Of a stretch of 32,000 nucleotides of DNA, positions 1-9,488 are shown piece by piece; within the stretch, counting starts at the first letter, position 1, and the number at the start of each line of letters is the position of its first letter. The translations under genes were made by a program, and so were the position numbers. This stretch comes from Thermosulfurimonas dismutans (GTDB lineage Bacteria; Desulfobacterota; Thermodesulfobacteria; Thermodesulfobacteriales; Thermodesulfobacteriaceae): the NCBI RefSeq assembly GCF_001652585.1, contig NZ_LWLG01000001.1:374895-406894 (forward strand). Direction: 5' to 3'. The notes under the pieces were generated by a model, which was not told the origin of the DNA, made no database searches, and saw only the letters and a program-made list of their open reading frames with translations.

Positions 1-628
1 CTTCACTCCGGTGGCTATGCTTTCGTCCCCCCCTGAGGCCGTCCTTATCATCGGTGGGGGGGATGGAGGCGTTTTGCGTGAGGTTCAGAAACTTTCCGGG
101 GTAAAGAGGATCCTTCAGGCTGAACTCGATCTGTCGGTCTTCGAAGCCTGCCATAAATATATACCCGAAATTTCGGGAGATTATGGTGATCCGCGGCTAG
201 AGTTTAGAGTGGCGGATGGTTTGTCAGTAGTAAAGGGGTTACCAGAGGCCTCCTTTGAGGTGGCCATCGTGGACTGCACGGATCCGGTAGGTCCGGCCAA
301 AAGTCTTTATACCGAAGAATTCTATCGAGAACTTTACCGTGTCCTTAAGCCCCAGGGTGTTTTTGTTCAGCAGGCCAGTTTGCCCGGGTTCTTTCCCGAG
401 ATTCTAAAAGAGGCCTATGCCCTTGCTAGCAAAGTTTTTCCTAGGGTGTACGTTCTCCGGGCTCCGGTCCCCTGCTATGGAGACGAGATTGCTTTCCTCT
501 TGGGGGTAAAATCTCCGGAAATTTCCCCTGAACCCCGACAAACTTTTCGGGGTAGATTTTACAATCCAGAGGTCCATAAGGCCTCTTTTGCCCTACCTGA
601 GTGGTGGCTCCGAGAGCTTTTATCTTAA
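1..628 (+). CDS. speE: Spermidine synthase (polyamine aminopropyltransferase), C-terminal portion; the 5' end lies outside the window
   Basis: Reading frame 2 is open from the window edge, so the GTG at 11 in the ORF track is probably internal. Contains VLIIGGGDGGVLREV (SAM/dcSAM-binding glycine motif) and DCTDPVGPA, both typical of SpeE. Stop TAA at 626-628. Confidence 0.85.
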   Translation, partial: FTPVAMLSSPPEAVLIIGGGDGGVLREVQKLSGVKRILQAELDLSVFEACHKYIPEISGDYGDPRLEFRVADGLSVVKGLPEASFEVAIVDCTDPVGPAKSLYTEEFYRELYRVLKPQGVFVQQASLPGFFPEILKEAYALASKVFPRVYVLRAPVPCYGDEIAFLLGVKSPEISPEPRQTFRGRFYNPEVHKASFALPEWWLRELLS

Positions 629-3624
629 ATACGGATTTGGATCGAGCTTCCCTCCTTTCCGGGTATGACTTCCAAGATGGCCGGAATGCGATCCCGGAGT
701 TCTCTAACATGGGAGATGAGGCCTACCAGACGACCTCCGGCTTTTAGTCTTCCAAGCACGGAAAGGGCTGTTTCCAGGGCTTCGGGATCAAGATTGCCAA
801 AGCCCTCGTCGATGAAAAGACATTCAAGAGGCCTTCCGCCGGAAAATTCCTGAACCACTTCGGAGACCGAAAGGGCCAGGGCCAAAGCGGCTAAAAACGA
901 TTCTCCACCCGAAAGGGTGGCCACCGGTCGGGTCTTGCCGTGCCAGGCATCAAAAATCAATAGATCGAGCCCTGCAGCTCGTCGGCGGTCCAACACTTCG
1001 GTTTCCCGCAACAGGGTGTAACGTCCGCCGCTCATACTTCGAAGTTTTTCCGAAGCCCGAAAGAGGATCCTTTCAAGGAGGGCTGAGAGCACAAATCGAT
1101 GAAAAGAGAGTCGTTTTTCGTTTTGTCCGGAAAGAAAGGCCGACAGCCTTGCCACCAGACGGTAACGTTTCTCCGTTTCTCGAAGCTCTTCGGCCAGTCT
1201 CTCGATCTCATTCTTTCTAGCTGCAAGGGTTTCCTTCCTTTCATGAAGGCGGGCCAGTTCCTCCCTCAGAACCTGCTCTTGTTTTCTGAGCTCTTCACAC
1301 CTGGCTTTCATTTCATCTACTGCCGGCGGACTTTTCGCCCGAAGTTTGGTCTCTAGTTCTTGGAACTGGTGCTTTAAGATCTGAAATTCTTCTTCGAAGG
1401 TTTGTACCCGGCGTTGATACTCCGCCTTCTTGCCGTCTTCAAGTCTTGCGGCTAGGAAGGCCTTTCGGTCTTCGAAGCCGGCTTCTCTCAGGGCGATCTC
1501 AAATCGGGCTTCAAGATCCTTCTTTTCTTCTAAAACCTCTTCTTGACGTCGCGCAATCTCCTTGAGCAGTTGACGGAGCCCCTCTTTGCGAGCCGATAGT
1601 TCTGAGAGCCTTTTCTCAAGGCCCCTTAAATGGCTTTCCCAGCGCTCACAGGTGCTCGTCAGTTCTTGGATGTGCCTGAGGATAGTTGGGGAGTCTTGTT
1701 TTTCGGGGACTTCGTTTCTCAAAGTGGCTATTTGGCTCTTGAGGGCTTCCATTCGAAGGGTCAGGTCTTCCTTTTCCCGCTGAAGTTCTTCTTTGCGAGT
1801 TTTGAGGCTGTTGAGTTCGTTTCTTATTTTTTCGGCCCTCTGGGTAAGCTTTCCAAGGGTTTCCGCCTGTCTTCTCTTTTCCTGATAAAGTCTTTCCAGT
1901 TCTGCCTGTTCTCGGGCTAATTTTTCAGGATCTTCCTCACTGGAAATATCTTTGCCAAACCTTTCAAGCTCCTCGAGAAGGGTCCGGGCTCGTTCCTTGA
2001 GGCCCTCCAGTTTGGCTATTCGAGCTTGTAAAGCCTTTTCCTTTTCATTGATTTTGGCCTCCAGACTTTCGGGGTCTTCTGCCATAAGGGCTTCCGGGGG
2101 CGAGGCCGGATAAGGATGCTCTCTTGAGCCGCAGACTGGGCAGGGTACTCCTGGTTCTAGCTTTCGCGCCAGTTCCCAGGCCGTATGCTTCCATCTTAGT
2201 TCTTGGAAAATAGCTAATCTTTGCCTGAGAGCCGAAAGTTCTTTTTTCTGGGCCTGGATTTCTGACAGAAGTCTTTGCCTTTCTACCGATATTCGGGAGA
2301 GTTCCGCTTTTAACCGCTGGCTTTCTCGGAGTTTTTCAAGCATACGTTTCCGGACCTGGAGTCTTTCGAAAATGGAGGAGGCTTCATCGCCGGCTCGAAA
2401 AGCCTCTTCCTGAGCCCTCTGGACTTTCTCGAGTTCTTTTTCTAGGAGATTTTCCTTCTGTAAGAAAGATTCAAGTCTTCTTCTGAGAGTTGAAGAGCGG
2501 TCTTCCAGTTGCTTTAACTCTTTCTGGAGGGTCTCTAGCTTGGCCAAAAGTGGGAGTTTTTCCTTGAGGAGAAGGGCCTCCTTCTTTAGTTTTTCCATTT
2601 CCTCTTTGCGGGCCGATTCTTGCTCATACCGATGGAGGGTCTCGGCCGAAATTCGTTCCAAATCTTGGAGGCTCTTATGGATCTCGGCTTGCCGTTTTTG
2701 GTCTTCGAGTAGCCCCTTTTCGATGCGAATAAGGGCCTCATAGAGAGGAAAGATTTTTTCGGCAGCTTCAGCCTTGAGGAGGCGGCTTTTCAGAGTCTCT
2801 ACGATCGGTCTTTGATGTTCGAGTTCATCAAGGCGTTTGCGGGTTTTCTCAAGCTTACGAAACTTTTCGGCCAGCTTCAGGGCCTCCTCAAGTCGGGCTT
2901 CTTTCCTGCGGAGACGCTCCTCGATCTCAGATAGTCTCTCCCTGAAGCGGGCTTCTTTTTCTTTAAGGCGATGTATTTCTTGCAAAAGTTCGGATAACTC
3001 CGAAAAGCCTTCGGCTTTGAGCAGGCTCTCGTAGGCCGCTCTTAGTTCTGAGATCCTTTCTCGGGTGGTCTGCTCGAGCTTTTTGAAATATTCCTCGATT
3101 TCAAGGAAGCGTTCGGTCTGAAAGATGGTCTTGAGGAGGCTTTCTCGTTCTTCGCCTCGGGCTAGGAGTATTTCTCGGAATTTTCCCTGCGGGATTAGGA
3201 GTACCCGGCGGAATTCTTTGGCTGAAAAACCTAGGAGCTCCTTTATTTTGCGGTTGACCTCGGTTATACGGTGGGCTAGCAGGCATTCCTCTTCCCAAAG
3301 GGCGGCCTCTTTGCGAAGGTCATGGCGGGCTTCCGTAAGTACCCTTCGTACCCGATAACGACGGCCTCTAAGGAGGAATTCCAGTTCCGCAAGGGTGGCT
3401 ATTCTATTGGAAGCTTTAAGGTTTCTAAGATCCCGGTCTCGCTTTTCTTCCAGACTGGTTTCACCATAAAGGGCAAAGGTTAAGGCATCAAAAATAGTGC
3501 TCTTTCCGGCTCCGGTGGGCCCGGTTATTAAAAAAAGTCCATGTCTTTCGAAAGAGCTGAAGTCGATTTCAACTGGCTGGAGATAGGGACCAAGGGCCTG
3601 GATTTTGAGCTTTAGCGGTCGCAT
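625..3624 (-). CDS. sbcC: SbcC / Rad50-family double-strand-break repair ATPase (exonuclease SbcCD subunit C)
   Basis: 999 aa. N-terminal Walker A GPTGAGKST. Very long E/K/R/L-rich coiled coil. Central zinc hook PCPVCGSREHPY (CxxC, about 2120-2150). C-terminal ABC signature LSGGESF and Walker B LFIDEGFGNLD. Confidence 0.92.
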   Translation of the reverse strand: MRPLKLKIQALGPYLQPVEIDFSSFERHGLFLITGPTGAGKSTIFDALTFALYGETSLEEKRDRDLRNLKASNRIATLAELEFLLRGRRYRVRRVLTEARHDLRKEAALWEEECLLAHRITEVNRKIKELLGFSAKEFRRVLLIPQGKFREILLARGEERESLLKTIFQTERFLEIEEYFKKLEQTTRERISELRAAYESLLKAEGFSELSELLQEIHRLKEKEARFRERLSEIEERLRRKEARLEEALKLAEKFRKLEKTRKRLDELEHQRPIVETLKSRLLKAEAAEKIFPLYEALIRIEKGLLEDQKRQAEIHKSLQDLERISAETLHRYEQESARKEEMEKLKKEALLLKEKLPLLAKLETLQKELKQLEDRSSTLRRRLESFLQKENLLEKELEKVQRAQEEAFRAGDEASSIFERLQVRKRMLEKLRESQRLKAELSRISVERQRLLSEIQAQKKELSALRQRLAIFQELRWKHTAWELARKLEPGVPCPVCGSREHPYPASPPEALMAEDPESLEAKINEKEKALQARIAKLEGLKERARTLLEELERFGKDISSEEDPEKLAREQAELERLYQEKRRQAETLGKLTQRAEKIRNELNSLKTRKEELQREKEDLTLRMEALKSQIATLRNEVPEKQDSPTILRHIQELTSTCERWESHLRGLEKRLSELSARKEGLRQLLKEIARRQEEVLEEKKDLEARFEIALREAGFEDRKAFLAARLEDGKKAEYQRRVQTFEEEFQILKHQFQELETKLRAKSPPAVDEMKARCEELRKQEQVLREELARLHERKETLAARKNEIERLAEELRETEKRYRLVARLSAFLSGQNEKRLSFHRFVLSALLERILFRASEKLRSMSGGRYTLLRETEVLDRRRAAGLDLLIFDAWHGKTRPVATLSGGESFLAALALALSVSEVVQEFSGGRPLECLFIDEGFGNLDPEALETALSVLGRLKAGGRLVGLISHVRELRDRIPAILEVIPGKEGSSIQIRI

Positions 3625-3759
3625 TTTTTATATATTTTCTTTTCTAGGACTTCAATATAAAAATATATGGGCAAGGCTTTCTCTTTTGAAACGTCATTGC
3701 AAGAGAAAATTTTTTAAGTTATTTTCTCTATTATAGCTTATCTCAAGGAGTAAGGAGAC
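3625..3759. promoter_or_regulatory. AT-rich divergent promoter/leader region between sbcC (-) and the chemoreceptor gene (+)
   Basis: 135 bp AT-rich spacer between two divergent start codons. Tandem SD AAGGAGtAAGGAG immediately upstream of the ATG at 3760. Perfect 8-bp inverted repeat TTTCTCTT (3678-3685) / AAGAGAAA (3701-3708). Candidate minus-strand -10 TATATT. Exact promoter boxes are not resolvable by eye. Confidence 0.45.
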
Positions 3760-5685
3760 ATGCAACCTGAAAAAACCATTTTCCTATCTTTGTTTCTGGC
3801 AGTAGTTTCAGCCTTTGTCCCTGTAATAGGAAAGTTTACAGAGTTATGGGCTTATATTTTTCCATTCTTGACGTTGATTTTGGTAGGTTTTGCTTTTCTA
3901 AAGTTTAGGACCATGAAGACCCTTTGTCAGAAAGCCGCTCAAAGGATGGAGGGGTACACACATTTAGAGTTCAAGGATGTGGTCTGTGGAGAGGAATTGC
4001 CGGGAGTTTTGGCTCCCATGGCAGACAAAGTAGCCAACTTTGCGGCTCTAGTTTCAGCCCAGCTTAACACTTTGGCCCAACAGGCTAGGGTGCTTTCGGA
4101 GGTCAAAGACTTTGTAGGGGATTCCGCCGAAAAAATAATGACCTATGCCGAGAAGACGGACCAGTTCGCTTTGGATATGTTGAATTCTGCTTCTCGGACC
4201 GCTCAGGATGTAGAAACTCTAACCCAGGCTCTTACAGATTTAAATACCGCGGCCTCTGAAATCGCAAGTAGCATCGCCCATACTGCACAAAAGACTTCCG
4301 AGGCCCGAGAGAAGGCCATCCAGGCCAAGGAAACCATTGAGAAACTTCTTGAAAGTTCGGAAAAGATAGGTTCAGTAGCTCAGGTTATAAACGATATTGC
4401 GGATCAGACCAATCTTTTAGCCCTTAATGCTACCATTGAGGCCGCTCGGGCCGGCGAGGCCGGCAAAGGCTTCGCGGTAGTGGCCAATGAGGTCAAGGAG
4501 TTGGCCCGTCAGACCGCCGAAGCCACCAAGGAAATTACCCATATTATAGAAAACATCCAGGCCGATACCCGCCGGGCCGTAGAGGCTGTGGAAAGCATTA
4601 CTGGTGGGGTGCTCGAGATAGACGATTTAGCCAATACCATTGCCTCGGCCAGTGAAGAACAAACGGCTACCATCGCAGACATTACGCAAAACATCGAAAA
4701 CGTAAAAGCCTTGGTGGAAAAGACTTACCAGCAGGCCGAGACCTTAATGAAGCATACCAGAGATTTTGGAGAACTCAGAAATCTTCTTGAGACCTCCAGG
4801 GTCTCAGTGGAAAGCATCGCTCTAGAAAATAATGTGCTCCTTTCTGGTCTAGTGTTGGAAGATCACTTTTTTGAAAAGGCTCAGAAGTGTCTGGATGAAC
4901 ACATCCATCTTAAGATTATCCTTTTAAAGCATTACGAGTGGGTAAACGAAGTCATAAACGGCCTGGTACTCGGGAAACCTCCGGAGGTGCAGACGGATCC
5001 TAATTTGTGTGCTTTGGGTGAGTTCCTGAAGTCTTATAGGCCCGATGCAAAGACCGAGCCTATTCTTGAGGAACTTCTTCCTCTGCATGAGGAACTTCAT
5101 CGTTCGGCCATTGAGATCCAAAAGAGGCTTGCGGCTAATGACCGGGAGGGGGCGTTATCCTATTTCGAGAAAGAGACGCTTCCGATCTTTTTCCGGATAT
5201 CTGAACTTTTTAATCGCTGGATAACAGCCGTGGGGGGGAGGGTAGAAGAGGTCTCCTTGGTTCGCAAGGAGACCCAGGAGGAATTTATGAGCTGGGGGCC
5301 TCAGCTTGAAATCGGTATCAGGGAGATAGATCAGCAACACCGAAAGTTGGTCTCGATGGTGAACGCCCTCTATGGCGCCATTAAGGAAGGTAAAGACAAA
5401 GAGTCCCTGGGCGAACTATTGAACGAGCTGGTCTCTTACACCGACTATCACTTTAAGACCGAGGAATATTACTTCGATAAGTTCGGCTATCCGGAAGGTG
5501 AGATTCACAAGGAAATTCATCGTAAGCTTACGCAAAAAGTGTTAGACTTCAAGGAGAAGTTTGACCGAGGTGAGGCTACCATTTCCTACGACCTGCTTAA
5601 CTTTCTCAAGGACTGGTTGGTTAACCACATCGGTAAAACCGACAAAAAGTACGGGCCTTTCCTTAAGGAAAAAGGGGTTAAGTAG
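3760..5685 (+). CDS. Methyl-accepting chemotaxis protein with two N-terminal TM helices, MA signalling domain, CZB (chemoreceptor zinc-binding) motif and C-terminal bacteriohemerythrin domain
   Basis: 641 aa. Two hydrophobic helices in the first ~50 aa with almost no loop between them. Conserved MCP hairpin tip [41 protein letters not shown] pattern H391-YEW, 22 residues, C417-ALGEF, 20 residues, H443-EELH447. Hemerythrin ligand set IDQQH, HFKTE, HKEIH, HIGKTD in residues 510-641. Strong SD upstream. Confidence 0.9.
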   Translation: MQPEKTIFLSLFLAVVSAFVPVIGKFTELWAYIFPFLTLILVGFAFLKFRTMKTLCQKAAQRMEGYTHLEFKDVVCGEELPGVLAPMADKVANFAALVSAQLNTLAQQARVLSEVKDFVGDSAEKIMTYAEKTDQFALDMLNSASRTAQDVETLTQALTDLNTAASEIASSIAHTAQKTSEAREKAIQAKETIEKLLESSEKIGSVAQVINDIADQTNLLALNATIEAARAGEAGKGFAVVANEVKELARQTAEATKEITHIIENIQADTRRAVEAVESITGGVLEIDDLANTIASASEEQTATIADITQNIENVKALVEKTYQQAETLMKHTRDFGELRNLLETSRVSVESIALENNVLLSGLVLEDHFFEKAQKCLDEHIHLKIILLKHYEWVNEVINGLVLGKPPEVQTDPNLCALGEFLKSYRPDAKTEPILEELLPLHEELHRSAIEIQKRLAANDREGALSYFEKETLPIFFRISELFNRWITAVGGRVEEVSLVRKETQEEFMSWGPQLEIGIREIDQQHRKLVSMVNALYGAIKEGKDKESLGELLNELVSYTDYHFKTEEYYFDKFGYPEGEIHKEIHRKLTQKVLDFKEKFDRGEATISYDLLNFLKDWLVNHIGKTDKKYGPFLKEKGVK

Positions 5686-6799
5686 AAAGGTGCCTTAAAC
5701 TGTTAAGGCCCTCTTCAAAAAGATAAGTCTCTTCGCTTGAAGGGGGCCGGCCAGTTATTTCGCGGAGGAAGGCCTTGAAAAGCTCTCTTTCGTCAAGGCA
5801 GAGATCGATTTCGGGACTAGAAAGTTCTCCCCCCTCTCCCCGCAGGTAAGGGGTCTCAAGGGCTAGAAGATTCGGGAACACCTTCCTTAACCTTTCGAAA
5901 GCCTCGGGGACGGGATTTTCGTCTCTGAGGATGGCTTTTACGTAGGCTTCGGTTTTGGGATAGTGCAGTAGTTCTGCGAAATATTCTTCCACCACCAGAA
6001 ATTCGCGTGGGGGAGTGAGAGGGATAAATTCTCGGTGTGGTCGGGCTTGGGAGCTGACCTCCAGGAGCACAACGCCCTTAGCTTGTCCGACCTCTGAAAA
6101 GGAAAGGGGGAGAAGAGAGCCGGAGTAGAGTACGTTTTCGGCTGGGCTCTGATGGCGATGGAGGTGACCGAGAAGGACGAGATCGAAATCCGAAAATAAA
6201 GACTCTGGAAGGGCTTCCTCACCTCCTACCCATAGATTGGTCTCGGAGTCCCCCTTTTTTCCACCCTCAACGAAAAGGTGGGCCGAAAGAATTCTTCGTT
6301 CTCCACCCTTGGGAAGACTTTTTAAGAGAGTTTCCCAAAGATCTCGGATCTCTTGCGTATCTTCTGAAAGAAGGCCTCGCTGTTTAAGAAGTTCCCGCAA
6401 CTCCAGAGGCGAAAGATGGGGTATGAGGAAGAAGTTGGTGTTCGAAATTTTTAGGGGTTCAAAAAGATAAGTGTCGGAAGAAGCCACAAAGATGTGGAGG
6501 CGAGAGAGTAAATCTCGGGCAAAGGCCAAGCGTTCGGCGCTATCGTGATTCCCCGGCAGAAGAATGATCTTGGTGCCGGTCTCATGTAGCCGAGTCAAGA
6601 TTTCGCTTAAAAGGGAAACGGCTTCGGCCGGAGGGATCGGCCGGTCGAAGATGTCTCCGGCTACAAGGACGACATCTGGTTTGAAGTCCCGTACGAGAGG
6701 CACCAATTCCCGTTCGAAGAGAAGGGCTTGGTCTTCGGTGAGATGTAGGCCATGAAAGAGTTTGCCGAGATGCCAGTCCGCAGTGTGGAGGATTCTCAT
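5678..6799 (-). CDS. sbcD: SbcD / Mre11-family nuclease (exonuclease SbcCD subunit D)
   Basis: 373 aa. Calcineurin-like phosphoesterase motifs [22 protein letters not shown] and GHLH. The start ATG overlaps the argH stop (ATGA, 6796-6799). Confidence 0.9.
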   Translation of the reverse strand: MRILHTADWHLGKLFHGLHLTEDQALLFERELVPLVRDFKPDVVLVAGDIFDRPIPPAEAVSLLSEILTRLHETGTKIILLPGNHDSAERLAFARDLLSRLHIFVASSDTYLFEPLKISNTNFFLIPHLSPLELRELLKQRGLLSEDTQEIRDLWETLLKSLPKGGERRILSAHLFVEGGKKGDSETNLWVGGEEALPESLFSDFDLVLLGHLHRHQSPAENVLYSGSLLPLSFSEVGQAKGVVLLEVSSQARPHREFIPLTPPREFLVVEEYFAELLHYPKTEAYVKAILRDENPVPEAFERLRKVFPNLLALETPYLRGEGGELSSPEIDLCLDERELFKAFLREITGRPPSSEETYLFEEGLNSLRHLST

Positions 6800-8193
6800 G
6801 GAAGATTTTCGCTTTCGAGTTGGCGCCTGGCGCTGGCGATGGCTTCACGGACCCTTTCTGGAGCCGTGCCTCCTAAGGTTCGACGGCGGGCCACGGAGCC
6901 TTCTACTGTGAGCCACTCGTAGACGTCCGCTTCTATGCTTTCGGAAAACCGCCGCAGTTCCTCAAGACTGAGCTCCCACAGTTTGACTCCCTTCTCCTCG
7001 GCATAAGCTACGATTTTACCAGTAATTTCGTGAGCCTCCCGAAAAGGGATACCCTTCATAACCAGGTAGTCGGCGAGATCCGTGGCCGTGGTGTAGCCCT
7101 CTTCGGCGGCGGCTCGTAGGCGTGCAGCGCGTGGCTTTAGTCCCGAAACCATGAGGGTTGCAAGTTTCAAAGACCGCTTCACCGTGTCCGCGGTGTCAAA
7201 GACCGGCTCCTTGTCCTCCTGAAGGTCGCGGTTGTAAGTAAGAGGAAGCCCTTTGAGTACGGTTAACAGGGCCATGAGGTGACCATAAACCCGGCCGGTC
7301 TTTCCACGGATTAGTTCGGCCACGTCGGGATTCTTTTTTTGGGGCATGATGGAACTGCCCGTGCAGAGGGCATCCGGAAGATCGATAAAGCCGAACTCCG
7401 GACTCATCCACAGGATGACCTCTTCGCATAGTCTTGAAAGATGCATCATGACTATTGCGGAGTTGAAGAGAAACTCCAGGGCGTAGTCTCGATCTGAGAC
7501 CGCGTCCAGGCTGTTGGCAGCCGGTTTCTCAAAATCTAATTCTTGAGCGGTAAGCTCTCTATCTAGGGGGTAGGGAGTGCCGGCCAGAGCCGCCGAGCCG
7601 AGGGGAGAGATCCGGAGGCGTTTTAAGGCCTCTCGGAAACGTTCGGCGTCCCGGGTGAACATCTCGTAATAGGCCATAAGGTGATGGGAGAAAAGTACGG
7701 GCTGGGCGTGCTGAAGATGGGTAAAACCCGGCATGATGACGTCTAGATGGGCTTCGGCCTTGGCTACCAGGACTTGCCGTAAGTCTTTGAGAAGCGATAG
7801 GATATCTCGGGTTTCGTCTATGAGATAGAGCTTGAAGTCAGTGGCGACCTGGTCGTTTCGGCTGCGACCGGTGTGAAGCTTTCCGGCAAGGGGGCCGATC
7901 CTTTCAAAGAGGGCCCGTTCGATATTCATATGGACGTCTTCAAGCTCCATGCGGAACTTAAACCGGCCTTCGCGGATCTCGCGTTCGATGGCCTTGAGGC
8001 CCTCTGAAAGCCTTTGGGCTTCCTCTTCAGTAAGGAGCCCAGCTTTTTGTAAGGCCTTCACGTGGGCTAGGCTTCCTCGAATGTCATGGAGGGCGAGTCG
8101 GCGATCAAAGGAAACCGATTCCGTGAATTCCTCTACCAGCCGATCAGTGGCTTCCCGGAAGCGTCCTCCCCAAGGCTTTCTTAGCTCCGCCAT
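6796..8193 (-). CDS. argH: Argininosuccinate lyase
   Basis: 465 aa. Starts MAELRKPWGGRF. Contains GRSRNDQVATD and the fumarate-lyase signature GSSIMPQKKNPD. Confidence 0.95.
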   Translation of the reverse strand: MAELRKPWGGRFREATDRLVEEFTESVSFDRRLALHDIRGSLAHVKALQKAGLLTEEEAQRLSEGLKAIEREIREGRFKFRMELEDVHMNIERALFERIGPLAGKLHTGRSRNDQVATDFKLYLIDETRDILSLLKDLRQVLVAKAEAHLDVIMPGFTHLQHAQPVLFSHHLMAYYEMFTRDAERFREALKRLRISPLGSAALAGTPYPLDRELTAQELDFEKPAANSLDAVSDRDYALEFLFNSAIVMMHLSRLCEEVILWMSPEFGFIDLPDALCTGSSIMPQKKNPDVAELIRGKTGRVYGHLMALLTVLKGLPLTYNRDLQEDKEPVFDTADTVKRSLKLATLMVSGLKPRAARLRAAAEEGYTTATDLADYLVMKGIPFREAHEITGKIVAYAEEKGVKLWELSLEELRRFSESIEADVYEWLTVEGSVARRRTLGGTAPERVREAIASARRQLESENLP

Positions 8194-9464
8194 ACGATTC
8201 GCCCCTCCACCATAGTCATGACCGTCCGTCCTTTCATTTCCCAGCCGAGAAAGGGACTATTTTTACTTCTGGAATGTAGATTTTCCTCGGTAACTACCCA
8301 GGTCTCTTCGGGATCGATCAGGGTGATATCCGCCGGTGAGCCCGGTTTGAGCGTACCTCCCGGGACCTTCAAAATACGGGCAGGGCTGGTGGCAAGTAGT
8401 TCTACCATACGCAGGGGGGAGAGGAGCCCCTCCCTTACAAGGTTAAGGGTTAGCGGCACCGCGGTCTCAAGCCCGATGAGACCGAAGGCCGCTGCCGGAA
8501 ACTCCACCTTTTTTTCAAGAGGACCGTGGGGAGCGTGGTCCGTGGCGATGGCGTCGATTACGCCTTCGGCCAGAGCCTGTCTTATGGCCTCGCGATCTTT
8601 TGCCGTGCGAAGAGGTGGGTTCACTTTGGCGTTGGTGTTGTATTCCAGGACGGCTTCTTCGGTAAGGGTAAAGTAGTGGGGAGCCGTTTCCGCGGTTACC
8701 GGAAGCCCGGATTCCTTGGCGCGACGAATGATCTCCACACCTAGAGCCGTAGAAACATGGGCGATGTGGATGGGATAGCCTACCAGTCCGGCGAGGGCCA
8801 CTTCCCGAAAGATGGCTACGGCCTCGGCTTCTGCCGGAATGCCTTTAAGCCCCAGTCTGGCGGCCACCATACCCTCATTGATCTGCCCCCCGGCGGAAAG
8901 CCCGGGATCTTCGGTATGCGAGATAACCGGGAGATCGAAACTCCGGGCATACTCCAGAGCCATTCGCATGAGTCCGGAATCCGCGACGGGCCGTCCATCG
9001 TCGGAGACCGCTACGGCCCCGGCTTCCTTGAGTTCGCCGAAAGGCGCAAGGTTTTCTCCTTTTTGCCCCTTGGAAATACAGGCCACAGGATAGACCCTGG
9101 TGAGGGCTACTTCGCGGGCTCTGTCAAGGATATAACGGGTAACCTCGGGGGAATCATTGGGAGGCTTGGTGTTGGGCATACAGGCCACTGCGGTGAAACC
9201 CCCGGCCGCCGCTGCCCGCGTGCCGCTCTCTATGTCCTCCTTCCATTCCTCTCCCGGTTCCCGCAGATGGACGTGCATATCGATGAGCCCAGGCACGAGC
9301 CAGAGCCCCCGGGCAGAAACCACCTCGGTGGCGGCTTCCGCCGGGATCTTCCGATCTATAGTCCGGATAAGACCGTCTTCGATAAGAAGGTCGCCTTCCA
9401 AGTCTAGGTTCTGCGAAGGATCAAGGATACGGGCACCTTTGATGAGGAGTTTCATGGCGTTCAT
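8181..9464 (-). CDS. pyrC: Dihydroorotase (class I, about 425 aa type)
   Basis: 427 aa. Metal ligands DMHVHLREPG, VSDDG, HTED, HIAHVS and ATDHAPH. The start could alternatively be Met4 (9455, MKLLIKGARILDP). Overlaps the argH start by 13 bp. Confidence 0.9.
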   Translation of the reverse strand: MNAMKLLIKGARILDPSQNLDLEGDLLIEDGLIRTIDRKIPAEAATEVVSARGLWLVPGLIDMHVHLREPGEEWKEDIESGTRAAAAGGFTAVACMPNTKPPNDSPEVTRYILDRAREVALTRVYPVACISKGQKGENLAPFGELKEAGAVAVSDDGRPVADSGLMRMALEYARSFDLPVISHTEDPGLSAGGQINEGMVAARLGLKGIPAEAEAVAIFREVALAGLVGYPIHIAHVSTALGVEIIRRAKESGLPVTAETAPHYFTLTEEAVLEYNTNAKVNPPLRTAKDREAIRQALAEGVIDAIATDHAPHGPLEKKVEFPAAAFGLIGLETAVPLTLNLVREGLLSPLRMVELLATSPARILKVPGGTLKPGSPADITLIDPEETWVVTEENLHSRSKNSPFLGWEMKGRTVMTMVEGRIVWRS

Positions 9465-9488
9465 AAAAACTAAATTTTAATCTAATCC

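Noticed and set aside
441-710. 89-aa minus-strand ORF spanning the speE/sbcC junction, and the 31699-31935 minus-strand ORF inside the EAL-HDOD gene
   Set aside because: Both overlap well-supported genes on the opposite strand, lack an SD and have no recognisable motifs.
625-3624. Considered whether the 999-aa SMC-like ATPase belongs to a defence system (Lamassu, Wadjet or Gabija-type ATPase)
   Set aside because: It has the canonical SbcC layout (Walker A, CxxC zinc hook, LSGGE, Walker B) and a bona fide sbcD nuclease lies 2 kb away. No other defence-associated genes are nearby.
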